From: Candidatus Omnitrophota bacterium
Lineage (GTDB): Bacteria > Omnitrophota > Gorgyraeia > Gygaellales > Profunditerraquicolaceae
Length of the DNA stretch: 64,000 nt
NCBI GenBank assembly: GCA_026387335.1
Contig: JAPLLX010000002.1
Coordinates: 77,326 to 141,325 of the forward strand
Direction: 5' to 3'
Part shown: positions 9,564-19,309 of the stretch, piece by piece
Position numbering within the stretch: position 1 is the stretch's first letter
Layout: every line of letters begins with the position of its first letter
Program-made: the position numbers and the translations under genes
The notes under the pieces: generated by a model
Seen by the model: only the letters and a program-made list of their open reading frames with translations
Database searches by the model: none
What the model was told of the DNA's origin: nothing

Positions 9564-10709
9564 ATGTTCAATATTATTTTATTAGGCGTCACCAGTTTAT
9601 TGACGGATATCTCCAGCGAAATGGTTTATCCGATACTCCCGGTTTATCTGGTTACAAAACTTGGGGCTAGTCCGGCTATATTGGGTTTAATTGAAGGCAT
9701 TGCTGAAAGTTTAGCCAGCTTGCTTAAGGTATTCTCAGGTTATTTCTCGGATAAGATTAAACTAAGAAAACCTTTTACTATATTTGGCTACGCCGCTTCT
9801 ACCGTTGGGAAATTTCTTCTCTATATTTCTACAAGCTGGGGTTATGTTTTGGTAGCCCGGATAGTGGACCGTTTCGGAAAAGGGATGCGCACTGCTCCGC
9901 GCGACGCCTTGATTGCGGAGAGTAGTAAGGAGAGGAAAAGAGGGGCGGCTTTCGGATTACACAGGGCTTTAGATTCGCTGGGCGCTTGCCTGGGAGTTTT
10001 AGGCGCCTATTTTTTGATTACTCATTATCAGGGTGAGTTTAAGAATGTTTTTCTTCTTGCGCTTATACCGGCGATATTAGGTGTGTTATTCCTTTTTTTC
10101 GTCAGAGAGAAGAAGGCTCCCGCGCCGAAAGAAGCCGGCAATAAAATTGAATTCAGATGGCGCGCTCTGGATAAAAGACTAAAGCTCTTCCTGGTATTCA
10201 CATTTGTATTTACTCTTGGTAATTCGTCTAATCAATTCCTGCTCTTACGCGCGCAAAATCTGGGTAATCCCCTCCCCATAGTTATACTATTGTACCTTTT
10301 TTATAATATAAGTTACGCTATTGTTTCGTATCCAGCTGCGCGCCTTTCGGATAAAATAGGCAGAAAGAAACTGCTTGTCGCAGGTTACCTATTTTACGCC
10401 CTGGTTTATTTAGGGTTTGCCTTAAACAAATCGCCGCATAATTTCTGGTTTTTATTCGGCGTCTATGGATTATATATAGGATTTACCGAAGGTGTAGAAA
10501 AAGCGCTGGTAGCGGATATCGCACCGAGCGAACTTCGCGCTACAGCCATAGGTTTACACGCCACGCTTGTGGGTATAGGTTTATTGCCGGCGTCAATATT
10601 TGCCGGATTACTTTGGAAATCTATCGGTCCGCAAGCCGCGTTTTATTTCGGCAGCTTTATGGGGCTAATCTCAAGTATAGGATTTTATTGGGTTTTAAAG
10701 GGGATATAA
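9564..10709 (+). CDS. MFS transporter
   Basis: 381 aa, about 12 predicted TM segments, MFS loop motif DRFGKG/DKIGRKK. Confidence 0.7.
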   Translation: MFNIILLGVTSLLTDISSEMVYPILPVYLVTKLGASPAILGLIEGIAESLASLLKVFSGYFSDKIKLRKPFTIFGYAASTVGKFLLYISTSWGYVLVARIVDRFGKGMRTAPRDALIAESSKERKRGAAFGLHRALDSLGACLGVLGAYFLITHYQGEFKNVFLLALIPAILGVLFLFFVREKKAPAPKEAGNKIEFRWRALDKRLKLFLVFTFVFTLGNSSNQFLLLRAQNLGNPLPIVILLYLFYNISYAIVSYPAARLSDKIGRKKLLVAGYLFYALVYLGFALNKSPHNFWFLFGVYGLYIGFTEGVEKALVADIAPSELRATAIGLHATLVGIGLLPASIFAGLLWKSIGPQAAFYFGSFMGLISSIGFYWVLKGI

Positions 10710-10731
10710 ACTAGGGGGTTTGACCTAAAAA

Positions 10732-12129
10732 ATGCTTAAAAAATTAATTACTATTTTAATATTATTGCTGCTTTATTCCGCACTAGGAATAAGCCTGGCC
10801 TTAGCCCAAAGCGCTTACGGCACAATAACTGCGTTTAATAAAGATGACCGCGTCCTTATACTTGCCCCGCATCCGGATGATGAAACTTTAGGTTGCGCAG
10901 GCGTGATCCAAAACGCGCTAAAAGCCGGGGCAGAAGTAAAAATAGTTTATCTTACTAACGGGGATAATAACGAGTTTGCTTTTATTGTTTATGAGAAGAG
11001 GTTGACTTTTAAGAAGGGCGAGTTTATCCATATGGGCCAGGTGCGCAGGCAAGAAGCGATTGAGGCAATGAAGCTATTGGGTTTAAACGAAGATAACCTG
11101 GTATTCTTAGGTTACCCGGATTTCGGGACATTTACCATATTCACAAAATATTGGCAGGCGCTTAAACCCTACCGGAGTATGCTTACGCGTTCGACAAAAG
11201 TGCCTTACCAAAATGACTTGTCATTCGGCGCTCCTTATGTCGGAGAAAGTATCTTAAGCGATTTGGAGAAAATCCTGCTTAATTATAAACCGACGCAGGT
11301 TTTTGTCGCGCATCCGGCGGATGTTAACCCCGACCATAAATCGCTTTATCTGTTTTTCCAGATAGCTTTGCGTAATTTAAGAAAACAAATTCCTGATCCC
11401 AAGGTATATCCTTATCTTGTCCATTCTTCAGGCTGGCCTAAACCGCGGCATTATCATCCAGAATTAAGCCTGGAGCCGCCGGTTAACCTTACGGATTCTC
11501 AAGGAAAGTGGCTGAAGTTGGATTTGACCCCGCTAGATTTAGAAAATAAGCACAAAGCCGTACTCTGTTATAAAAGCCAGACAGAATCCAGCGCTTTTTA
11601 CCTGTTGTCATTCGCGCGTAAAAATGAATTATTTGGAGATTATCCCGAGATTGAATTAAGCCGGCAGGTTTCTTTAAAAGAGCGGGCAATTGCCTTTTTC
11701 GGCTTCTCTAAGATGTTCACGAATTCAGAAGAAGAGGGGACCCTGGCTAATGACAGCCTTATAGAAAATCAGGGAGAGGTAAGTTATGCCGTTGTAGATA
11801 ATTGCCTGCTTATACGCGTGGAGAAGGATAAGGAGCTAATACACAGGTTCAGCTTAACGCTTTATATTTTTGGGTTTAACGCTAAAGTCCCGTTTTCTTC
11901 TATGCCTAAAATACGCATAGTAACTAAGTCTAATAAGTTTAAAGTTTATGACGGCAAGAAAATAATTAATCCCGGCAGTATCCGTTTGGATTTGACCGCC
12001 GACGATTTAGTCTTACGTATACCGCTGAACATATTGGGGGACCCTGAATTTATACTTACTTCGGTAAAGGCGCGGGGAGAGAAGTCAGCTTCAGGCACCT
12101 CGGGTTTTAGAAAAATTGTTATCAAATAA
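10732..12129 (+). CDS. PIG-L/LmbE-family deacetylase with signal peptide and extra C-terminal domain
   Basis: Signal-like N-terminus, PIG-L motifs ILAPHPDDETLGCAG and HPADVNPDH. The C-terminal portion of roughly 170 aa has no motif I recognise. Confidence 0.7.
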   Translation: MLKKLITILILLLLYSALGISLALAQSAYGTITAFNKDDRVLILAPHPDDETLGCAGVIQNALKAGAEVKIVYLTNGDNNEFAFIVYEKRLTFKKGEFIHMGQVRRQEAIEAMKLLGLNEDNLVFLGYPDFGTFTIFTKYWQALKPYRSMLTRSTKVPYQNDLSFGAPYVGESILSDLEKILLNYKPTQVFVAHPADVNPDHKSLYLFFQIALRNLRKQIPDPKVYPYLVHSSGWPKPRHYHPELSLEPPVNLTDSQGKWLKLDLTPLDLENKHKAVLCYKSQTESSAFYLLSFARKNELFGDYPEIELSRQVSLKERAIAFFGFSKMFTNSEEEGTLANDSLIENQGEVSYAVVDNCLLIRVEKDKELIHRFSLTLYIFGFNAKVPFSSMPKIRIVTKSNKFKVYDGKKIINPGSIRLDLTADDLVLRIPLNILGDPEFILTSVKARGEKSASGTSGFRKIVIK

Positions 12130-12143
12130 CAGGAGGAGGCAAC

Positions 12144-12629
12144 ATGCTAGAGCTCAAATTAATTGAGGTCAAAAAACCGCAGGATGTTAATTTAATATTG
12201 GGCCAGAGCCATTTTATTAAAACAGTAGAAGACCTTTATGAGGTTTTGATGAATAGCGTGCCGGGTATAAAATTCGGTTTGGCCTTTGTTGAATCCAGCG
12301 GGGCCTCTAAGGTAAGATCAGAGGGTAACGACCCGGAATTAAAGTCGTTGGCTTCCTCAAACATCCTGGAAATAGGCGCGGGCCATAGCTTCATCATATT
12401 TATGCGCGACGCCTTTCCGATTAATGTCTTAAATGCGATTAAAAACATCCCGGAAGTCTGCTCCATATACTGCGCGACAGCCAATCCTTTAAAGGTAATA
12501 GTAGCCCAAACGCAAGATGGTTCGGGTATCCTGGGAGTGATTGACGGCGGAAAGCCTAAGGGCGTGGAAAACGAGGCAGATATAGCTTGGCGCAAAGATT
12601 TCTTGCGTAAAATCGGATATAAGCTATAA
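12144..12629 (+). CDS. adenosine-specific kinase family protein (PF04008-like)
   Basis: 161 aa. Size and overall sequence resemble the small archaeal/bacterial adenosine-specific kinase family. Recognised from memory, not searched. Confidence 0.5.
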   Translation: MLELKLIEVKKPQDVNLILGQSHFIKTVEDLYEVLMNSVPGIKFGLAFVESSGASKVRSEGNDPELKSLASSNILEIGAGHSFIIFMRDAFPINVLNAIKNIPEVCSIYCATANPLKVIVAQTQDGSGILGVIDGGKPKGVENEADIAWRKDFLRKIGYKL

Positions 12630-12682
12630 TCTTTCTTACAAAATTAAAGCCGCTAAGATTTGACTTGTTTAAGTGAGGGGAT

Positions 12683-13594
12683 ATGGATTTAAAAAAAATA
12701 CGTAAAAGCATTATTGGGTTTTTAAGCTGGTTTGGTTTGACTACCTGTTCCCTGATAGTCAGGATTATGCCCGCGAGCTTCCTCTATTGTTTCGCTGATT
12801 GCGTAAGCTTTTTAGCCTGTAGATTTGCCGCTAAACAAAAACGGATTGCCTTGGAGAGCCTAAGTTTTGCTTTTGGCGAGGAGAAAACTGCTTTTGAGCT
12901 TGAGCAGATTGCCAAAGATTGTTTTACTATTATGGCTAAATCGGCGGTAGAATTGATGTTCTTTTTTGATAAGCCGTCTATCTTGAAGAAGCGGGTTACG
13001 CTTGTGGGCAGGGAAAATTTGGATAGCGCGTTAGCCAAAGGCTGCGGAGTGGTTTTAGTTAGCGCCCATTTCGGTAATTTCCCGCTTTTACTCGGGAGGC
13101 TGGCGGTTGAAGGCTATATAGCTGGAGGTATAATGAAGCCGATGCATGATGCGGGTGTAGAGAGGATTTTTTTGGAAAAACGCAAAAAATTCGGGGTCAA
13201 AACCATCTACAGCCAGCCGCGCAATGCTTGCGTAAATAATACCATTCAAGCGTTACGTAACAATGAGTTAGTTTTTATCCCGATAGACCAGAATTTCGGA
13301 ACCGGCGGAGTTTTTGTTAATTTTTTCGGCAGGAAAGCAGCTACTGCAGCAGGGCCGGTTGTCTTTGCCCAGCGCACGGGCGCGGCACTCTTACCCTGTT
13401 TTATAGTCAGGCAGCCCAATGATACGCATAAAATTATCTTTGAACCGGCGGTAAAACTAGAAGAGGGTAAGGATTCCCGGGATACCGTTCTTATAAATGT
13501 TCAGAAACTGACTAATATCATTGAGGCATATATCCGCAGATACCCGGCGGAATGGGGATGGATCCACCGCAGATGGAAGAGCCAGCCGGGCTAA
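12683..13594 (+). CDS. LpxL/HtrB-family late lipid A (lysophospholipid) acyltransferase
   Basis: 303 aa. N-terminal TM segment, HX4D-type region SAHFGNFP, C-terminal YPAEWGWIHRRWK typical of the family. Confidence 0.7.
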   Translation: MDLKKIRKSIIGFLSWFGLTTCSLIVRIMPASFLYCFADCVSFLACRFAAKQKRIALESLSFAFGEEKTAFELEQIAKDCFTIMAKSAVELMFFFDKPSILKKRVTLVGRENLDSALAKGCGVVLVSAHFGNFPLLLGRLAVEGYIAGGIMKPMHDAGVERIFLEKRKKFGVKTIYSQPRNACVNNTIQALRNNELVFIPIDQNFGTGGVFVNFFGRKAATAAGPVVFAQRTGAALLPCFIVRQPNDTHKIIFEPAVKLEEGKDSRDTVLINVQKLTNIIEAYIRRYPAEWGWIHRRWKSQPG

Positions 13595-13616
13595 AAGGTA
13601 AAAGGAGGATCGACAA

Positions 13617-13817
13617 ATGAGCCAGACAGCTAAAGAAAATGCTTCAAAAAAATATTTTGCTACTTTTTTTAAGGTTATTCTGGGTTTGCTATTCTTAGGG
13701 TTAGGAGCCTGGGCGATCTTAAAATGGTGGAGCCTTCTTTTTATGATAATCAAGGGATGCCTGGGCCCGTTATTGCTTTTGGCAGGTATAATTACTTTAA
13801 TCATAGCCAAAGAATAA
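13617..13817 (+). CDS. small two-TM membrane protein
   Basis: 66 aa with a good RBS (AAAGGAGG) and two hydrophobic helices. Confidence 0.4.
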   Translation: MSQTAKENASKKYFATFFKVILGLLFLGLGAWAILKWWSLLFMIIKGCLGPLLLLAGIITLIIAKE

Positions 13818-13884
13818 GATTTAAGGTATAATTATTTATAGTTTGATCCAGGTTAGCTGGCGTTAAGAAAGCTTAGGAGGGATA

Positions 13885-14451
13885 ATGGTCGGTGTATTAA
13901 AAAGAGAATTAGCCTTGAGTAAGCAGGCCAATAGGATTTGCGCCGTATTATTTTCGGTGATTTTTATCGCTCTTGGCGCTTTTGTGCGCCTACCTTTGCC
14001 TTTTACGCCAGTCCCGATTACCTTGCAGACATTTTTTGTTTTGTTATCTGCCGGCCTTTTAGGCAGGAGATTAAGCGTAATTACGCAATCAAGTTATATG
14101 CTATTAGGGGCATTGGGCTTACCGATATTTGCAGGAGCAGCCAGCGGTTTAGGTTATTTTATTTCTCCTACGGCCGGCTATTTGTTCGGATTTATCCCGG
14201 CTGCTATTATCGCTGCGCTATATTTAAGGCGCGCCGGAGATAATCCGCGTTTGATACTACAGGTTTTTTGCCTATCCAGTATAATTATTTTATCAGCCGG
14301 GTCCATCTGGCTTAAGGTCAGCCTTAGAATTCCGTTAAGTCAGGCCTTGGTTATCGGGTTTGCGCCGTTTATCATCGGCGACTTCTTAAAAGCGACAGCC
14401 GCAACCTGGGTTTATTTAAAGCTTAAGGCCCGCTTCGGGAATATCTTATAA
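13885..14451 (+). CDS. bioY: biotin transporter S-component BioY
   Basis: 188 aa with a BioY-like N-terminus (PLPFTPVPITLQTFFVLLSAGLLG) and 5-6 TM segments. Confidence 0.8.
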   Translation: MVGVLKRELALSKQANRICAVLFSVIFIALGAFVRLPLPFTPVPITLQTFFVLLSAGLLGRRLSVITQSSYMLLGALGLPIFAGAASGLGYFISPTAGYLFGFIPAAIIAALYLRRAGDNPRLILQVFCLSSIIILSAGSIWLKVSLRIPLSQALVIGFAPFIIGDFLKATAATWVYLKLKARFGNIL

Positions 14452-14473
14452 GATTACCTCCCCGCTAGCTTTC

Positions 14474-14502
14474 TTGACAAGAATTACCATTCATGGTAAA
14501 TT
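14474..14502 (+). promoter_or_regulatory. sigma70-type promoter (TTGACA-N17-TAAATT with TGG extended -10)
   Basis: TTGACA at 14474-14479 and TGGTAAATT at 14494-14502, 28 nt upstream of ATG 14530. Confidence 0.5.
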
Positions 14503-14529
14503 AATCTAAGGTTAAAGGAGGGGCTACTC

Positions 14530-14988
14530 ATGAAAATAAGGATAATCGCGATATTAGCGGTATTGGTATTAGCAGGCACAGTCTTAGGCTTCAGTGAGGA
14601 GAAGGCGCTCCCTGTTCCCGAAGAAACTCCTGCCGCGGCAACCACCCCGGTCATCCAGGAAAATAGCGATTTAGCAAATACGCAGTGGGTTTGGGGCGAG
14701 GTCATAAGCGTGAATGCGCAAGATAAAACACTTAGCCTTAAATATCTGGATTACGAGACTGACCAGGAAAAAGAGATGTCCATAATAACGGATGACTCCA
14801 CCAGCTATGATAATGTTAAGTCCCTGGGAGAAATCCAGCCTAAGGATAACTTAAGCGTTGATTATATTTCGAAAGACGGTAAGAATATCGCTAAGACTAT
14901 AGGTTTAGAGAAGGCCGAAAACGCGCTGCCCGCGGCGAATAATATTGACGCAGGGGTAAATATCCCGGCTCTTCAGGCAAGTCAATAA
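14530..14988 (+). CDS. secreted hypothetical protein
   Basis: 152 aa with RBS AAAGGAGG and a signal peptide MKIRIIAILAVLVLAGTVLG. No recognisable motif. Confidence 0.4.
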   Translation: MKIRIIAILAVLVLAGTVLGFSEEKALPVPEETPAAATTPVIQENSDLANTQWVWGEVISVNAQDKTLSLKYLDYETDQEKEMSIITDDSTSYDNVKSLGEIQPKDNLSVDYISKDGKNIAKTIGLEKAENALPAANNIDAGVNIPALQASQ

Positions 14989-15018
14989 TCTAGATTTTCC
15001 TATTAGCTAAAAACGCAT

Positions 15019-15045
15019 AAGGCAGGGTATTCACCCTGCCTTTAA
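15019..15045 (+). terminator. intrinsic terminator-like hairpin
   Basis: AAGGCAGGGT-attc-ACCCTGCCTT is a perfect 10-bp stem followed by a short T run. Confidence 0.55.
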
Positions 15046-15046
15046 T

Positions 15047-15733
15047 ATGATGAAGCTTAAATATATTTTAGTTATTGGTTACGGTATTTTGATTTTGGCT
15101 GGCTGCGCGGTCTTAAATAAACCTGTTCAGTTTGTCGATGATTTTATAGGCTCAACCTTTTTCCCTCCATATTCCGGGCCGAAGGCCAGGGTGGTCGTAG
15201 CTGATTTTGAGATTAAGACGGTTAATATTACTACTGAAGTGAACTTAGGCTTGCGCGATATGTTAATAGAGGAATTAAATAAAACCAATCGTTTTTTAGC
15301 GGTCTCTGCCCCTAAGGATTACGCTGAAAAAAACACCGGATTGATTATCGCGGCTGAGGTAATAAATTTTGATCCGCTTATATCCGGCGGAAGCGAAGGT
15401 ATCGGCGGAGGAGGAAGTTCAGCCAGCGGTACGCTGGGGAGTTTATTGGGCGTGAGCACCAATAAATCAGTCGTGGCTTTAAATATCCGTATAGTTGACG
15501 CGCTGTCGTCTAAAGTATTAGTCGCGGAGCGCCTTACGGGACAGGCCGTGGATACGGGCAGCTTAAGTCGGGAACACCATCATAAGGGAAGTAATTTAAA
15601 CGAAGGCCTATCCGCCTATGCCAATACCTCTATGGGGGAAGCAATCAATAAGTGTATTGCTGAAGCCGTAAGGTATATTGTGCGCAAGGTTCCGGATAGC
15701 TATTATAAAGGGGATAAAAATGGGAAAGCGTAA
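15047..15733 (+). CDS. lipoprotein, CsgG-like (curli-type secretion channel family) candidate
   Basis: Lipobox ILAGC, a Gly/Ser-rich loop GGSEGIGGGGSSASG, and size and pattern reminiscent of the CsgG family. Weak call. Confidence 0.35.
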   Translation: MMKLKYILVIGYGILILAGCAVLNKPVQFVDDFIGSTFFPPYSGPKARVVVADFEIKTVNITTEVNLGLRDMLIEELNKTNRFLAVSAPKDYAEKNTGLIIAAEVINFDPLISGGSEGIGGGGSSASGTLGSLLGVSTNKSVVALNIRIVDALSSKVLVAERLTGQAVDTGSLSREHHHKGSNLNEGLSAYANTSMGEAINKCIAEAVRYIVRKVPDSYYKGDKNGKA

Positions 15734-15800
15734 GCGCAGGGGCAAACTTAACTGGCGTTCCAAAAAAGCAAATAAGGGCAGAAAGCCAAACTTAGGCTAA
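15720..15800 (+). CDS. 26-aa highly basic micro-protein, Thx-like ribosomal protein candidate
   Basis: Not in the ORF track (under 60 aa). MGKRKRRGKLNWRSKKANKGRKPNLG follows SD AAGGGGA. The pattern MGK..RRGK..W..R resembles bTHX of Thermus and Bacteroidetes. Confidence 0.25.
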   Translation: MGKRKRRGKLNWRSKKANKGRKPNLG

Positions 15801-15823
15801 TCAAGGGGATTTAGGTTTACGTT

Positions 15824-16564
15824 ATGGTCCTAGGCTGGATTCTCATAAGCACATTATTGGTCAGCGTTATTTCGCTTATCGGCATATTTACGCTGGCGAT
15901 AAAAGAGGAGAGGCTGCATAAGATTATTTTTAGCCTTATCGGATTCTCCGCCGGCGCGCTTATCGGCAGCGCCTTCCTGCATATTCTGCCGGAAGCTTTA
16001 GAAAAAACAAACAGTACAGTTGTTTTTTATTATCTTATTCTGGGGTTAACCCTGTTTTTTTTGCTGGAGAGATACCTCCACTGGCGGCATTGCCATGATA
16101 AAGACTGCGCTGTGCACGCCTTCACTTATTTAAATCTTTTCGGGGAAGCCTTCCATAATTTCATTGATGGCATTGCCATTGCCGCCAGCTTCATCATTTC
16201 ATTTAAATTGGGGCTGGCTACTACTTTAGCGATCATACTGCATGAGATCCCTAAGGAGCTGGGGAACTTCGGAGTGCTTATTTACGGCGGGTTTAGCCGC
16301 AATAAGGCCCTGCTTTATAATTTTATTTCGGCTTTAGCGGCGGTTATCGGGGCGCTTGTAGGATATTTTATCTCTGATTTCGCGCACGGTTTTTCCGATT
16401 TTATTATGCCTTTGACCGCGGGCGGATTTATTTATATCGCCACCTCTGACTTAATCCCCGAGATACATAAAGAAAAGGACCAAAGGCGCGCGACCCTGGC
16501 TTTTGTTTCTTTCTTATTCGGGATTCTATTTATGGCGCTAGCCAAAATATTACTGCCGGAGTAG
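15824..16564 (+). CDS. ZIP-family divalent metal (zinc) transporter
   Basis: 246 aa with the signature HEIPKELGNFGVL and a His-rich loop HWRHCHDKDC. Confidence 0.8.
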   Translation: MVLGWILISTLLVSVISLIGIFTLAIKEERLHKIIFSLIGFSAGALIGSAFLHILPEALEKTNSTVVFYYLILGLTLFFLLERYLHWRHCHDKDCAVHAFTYLNLFGEAFHNFIDGIAIAASFIISFKLGLATTLAIILHEIPKELGNFGVLIYGGFSRNKALLYNFISALAAVIGALVGYFISDFAHGFSDFIMPLTAGGFIYIATSDLIPEIHKEKDQRRATLAFVSFLFGILFMALAKILLPE

Positions 16565-16606
16565 GAACATTTCCCTATTTATAGCGAAAAATACATTATC
16601 AAGATC

Positions 16607-17614
16607 ATGAAAGCGATTGCTTTGATTTCAGGAGGTTTGGACAGCATTCTGGCGGCAAGGATAATTAAAGAGCAGGGTATTGGAGTCCTGCCTTTGAATT
16701 TCAAGATTCCTTTTTGCCAGCGTAAAAAACAAGCCTCCCAGGATAACGACATAAATTCATTAGTAAAGAGAAGTCTAGGCCAAGAGCTTAAGGTGGTTGA
16801 CATAAGCAGTGAATTTCTGGAACTGGTTTTAAAGCCAAGGCACGGATTCGGTTCAAATATGAATCCCTGCATAGATTGCAAGATTTTTATGTTAAAAAAG
16901 GCTAAAGAGTTGTTGCGTTTTTTTGACGCGCAATTTGTAGTTACCGGGGAGGTCTTGGGCCAGAGGCCGATGTCACAGCACAGAAGGGCGCTGGATACTA
17001 TTGAGAAAGAGAGTGGTTTAGACGGCCTCTTGCTTAGGCCATTGTGCGCTGGTGTCCTTGCGGAAACCCGGCCTGAGAAAGAGGGTTGGGTCAAGCGCGA
17101 TAGATTATTTAAATTTAGCGGCCGTTCCCGCAGGCCGCAGATGGATTTAGCCAGAGAATTTAGCATAGATAATTATCCTAACGCCTCCGGAGGTTGTCTG
17201 TTAACCGACCCGCGATTTTCTAATAAGCTCAGAGACCTTATTTCCCACCAAGCCCTAAACTTAGAAGATGTGGGGTTATTAAAGATAGGCAGGCATTTCA
17301 GGCTATCCGAGAAGGCCAAGTTAATTGTCGGCCGCAACGAAGAAGAGGACAGGGAACTGGAATTAAGCGCCCGCGGGAATGATTATATATTTATGCCAAA
17401 TCCGGAATTGGCTGGTCCGACTTGTTTGGGCAGAGGAGAGTTTGATAACGACTTAATCCAACTCTCTTTACAGATAACCTGTCATTATTGCGACTTAAAT
17501 ACAACTAAAAGCGCGAGGTTAATCTATTATCGGGCCGGGATTAGCCCACGGGAAGAATCTTCCTGGGAGGTTTCTCCTCTCCCGGAGGATAAACTTAAAT
17601 TATTCAGACTATGA
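16607..17614 (+). CDS. PP-loop ATP pyrophosphatase, ThiI/MnmA-like thiolation enzyme candidate
   Basis: PP-loop ISGGLDS and cysteine motif NPCIDCK. 335 aa. Confidence 0.5.
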   Translation: MKAIALISGGLDSILAARIIKEQGIGVLPLNFKIPFCQRKKQASQDNDINSLVKRSLGQELKVVDISSEFLELVLKPRHGFGSNMNPCIDCKIFMLKKAKELLRFFDAQFVVTGEVLGQRPMSQHRRALDTIEKESGLDGLLLRPLCAGVLAETRPEKEGWVKRDRLFKFSGRSRRPQMDLAREFSIDNYPNASGGCLLTDPRFSNKLRDLISHQALNLEDVGLLKIGRHFRLSEKAKLIVGRNEEEDRELELSARGNDYIFMPNPELAGPTCLGRGEFDNDLIQLSLQITCHYCDLNTTKSARLIYYRAGISPREESSWEVSPLPEDKLKLFRL

Positions 17615-18621
17615 AAGAAGCGTTACTTTATGAAAAATTGGATAAAAGTTTAGTACATTGTTATTTGTGCAGCCATCACTGTAAGATTGCCGACCAGGGA
17701 TTCGGTTTTTGCGGGGTTCGGCAGAATTTAGAAGGGACATTGTATACCCACGCTTATGGGAATGTAATTTCCGCGCAGGTTGACCCTATTGAAAAGAAAC
17801 CGCTCTATCATTTTTTACCGGGTTCAAGCAGTTTTTCAATAGCCACCCGGGGTTGTAATTTTCGTTGCGGGTTTTGTCAGAATTGGGAAATATCCCAGCA
17901 ATCTTTTAAGGATGGAAGCAGCAGCCTGGGGGAAGAAGAATTAAGCCCGTCCGATATAGTAGAAGAGGCTCTGAAAAACGACTGTAAAAGCATAGCTTAT
18001 ACTTATACCGAGCCGACCATATTTTTTGAATATGCCTATGAAACCGCCAGGCTGGCCAAAGAAAAAGGCCTACGTAATATTTTTGTTACCAACGGCTATA
18101 TGACTAAAGAGTGCTTGATTATGATTAAGCCGTATTTAGACGCCGCGAATGTGGACCTTAAGTTTTTCAACGATGCTTCCTATAAAAAGATTTGTTTAGG
18201 TAGTTTAAGTCCGGTATTGGATTCTATCAGGCTTATGAAGGAATTAGGGATATGGATAGAGATAACTACTTTGCTTATACCTGGAGAGAATGATTCTGAT
18301 GTAGAATTATCCGGGATAGCCCGTTTTATCTCCGGCGTTGATAAAGGCATCCCCTGGCATATTTCCCGCTTCCATCCTGATTATAAGTTCAGCGAATACC
18401 CGGTTACCCCGCAAGAGTCACTTAAAAAAGCGTATTCTATCGGCCGGGAAGCGGGTTTAGACTTTATTTATATAGGTAATGTTTCAGGTTGGGGGAGTGA
18501 TACGGCTTGTCCGGCTTGCAAAAAAAGATTAATTAGAAGAGATTATTTTAATATTTTAGAGTATAATATCAAAGAAAGCAGGTGTATTTATTGCCGGGAG
18601 CGCCTACCGGGAGAATTTTAA
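17611..18621 (+). CDS. AmmeMemoRadiSam-system-type radical SAM enzyme
   Basis: N-terminal CxxCxxxC region, radical SAM cluster CNFRCGFCQNWEISQ, and typical length of 336 aa. ATGA overlap with the upstream gene. Confidence 0.7.
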   Translation: MKEALLYEKLDKSLVHCYLCSHHCKIADQGFGFCGVRQNLEGTLYTHAYGNVISAQVDPIEKKPLYHFLPGSSSFSIATRGCNFRCGFCQNWEISQQSFKDGSSSLGEEELSPSDIVEEALKNDCKSIAYTYTEPTIFFEYAYETARLAKEKGLRNIFVTNGYMTKECLIMIKPYLDAANVDLKFFNDASYKKICLGSLSPVLDSIRLMKELGIWIEITTLLIPGENDSDVELSGIARFISGVDKGIPWHISRFHPDYKFSEYPVTPQESLKKAYSIGREAGLDFIYIGNVSGWGSDTACPACKKRLIRRDYFNILEYNIKESRCIYCRERLPGEF

Positions 18622-18640
18622 GGCGGATTAAGGGCTGAAG

Positions 18641-19309
18641 ATGAAGATAATCAATCCGGAAAAATGTATTGTTTTTTTTGATTTTGATAATACCATCGCC
18701 ACCTGCGATGTATTTGATAATATGCTCCCGCGTTTCTCCCAGGATGACCTTTGGGTCAAACTGGAGAAGGATTGGCAAAAGGGGAGAATCGGCTCGCACG
18801 CCTGCCTTGCCGGACAGATTAACGGGATAAGTATTAGCAAACAGGCGTTGGATAAGTATTTGTCCGGGATAAAACTGGACCCCTATTTTAAGAAGATCGT
18901 AAAGTTGCTCGCGGTGCATAAGATAACCGTGGCGGTATTAAGCGATAACTTTGACTATATATTAAAACGCATACTAGGCTTTAACTCCATTAAGAACCTT
19001 AAGGTTTATTCCAATAAGCTAAAGTTCGTTAAAGATAAGCTTATCCCGTTTTTTCCGTTTAGGAGCAAAAAATGCCAGGTCTGCGCCCATTGTAAGACAA
19101 AAAACCTCTTGGCAAATGTTTCCCAGGATTCTATAATAATCTACGTAGGTGACGGCCGTTCCGACATCTGCCCGTCACAGTATGCGGACCTGGTCTTCGC
19201 TAAAGACGCGCTCTTAAAATATTTTCAGGATAAAAAACTTACCTGTTTTGCTTATAAGTCTTTAAAAGATGTGTATACTTATTTAAAAGGAGTTTTGTAT
19301 GAACAATAA
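18641..19309 (+). CDS. HAD-IB phosphatase (MtnX/PHOSPHO-like)
   Basis: Motif I FFDFDNTI, motif IV GDGRSD, plus a CxxCxxC insertion (CQVCAHCK). Confidence 0.6.
   Translation: MKIINPEKCIVFFDFDNTIATCDVFDNMLPRFSQDDLWVKLEKDWQKGRIGSHACLAGQINGISISKQALDKYLSGIKLDPYFKKIVKLLAVHKITVAVLSDNFDYILKRILGFNSIKNLKVYSNKLKFVKDKLIPFFPFRSKKCQVCAHCKTKNLLANVSQDSIIIYVGDGRSDICPSQYADLVFAKDALLKYFQDKKLTCFAYKSLKDVYTYLKGVLYEQ

Noticed and set aside
13938-14243. 101-aa plus-strand ORF in an alternative frame within bioY
   Set aside because: The BioY frame has the family signature and TM pattern. The alternative frame is Arg/Phe/Cys-rich nonsense.
16579-17166. 195-aa minus-strand ORF
   Set aside because: It is antisense to the PP-loop ATPase gene, which carries a clear SGGLDS motif. 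It has an odd Ser/Leu/Cys-rich composition, so it is a shadow ORF.
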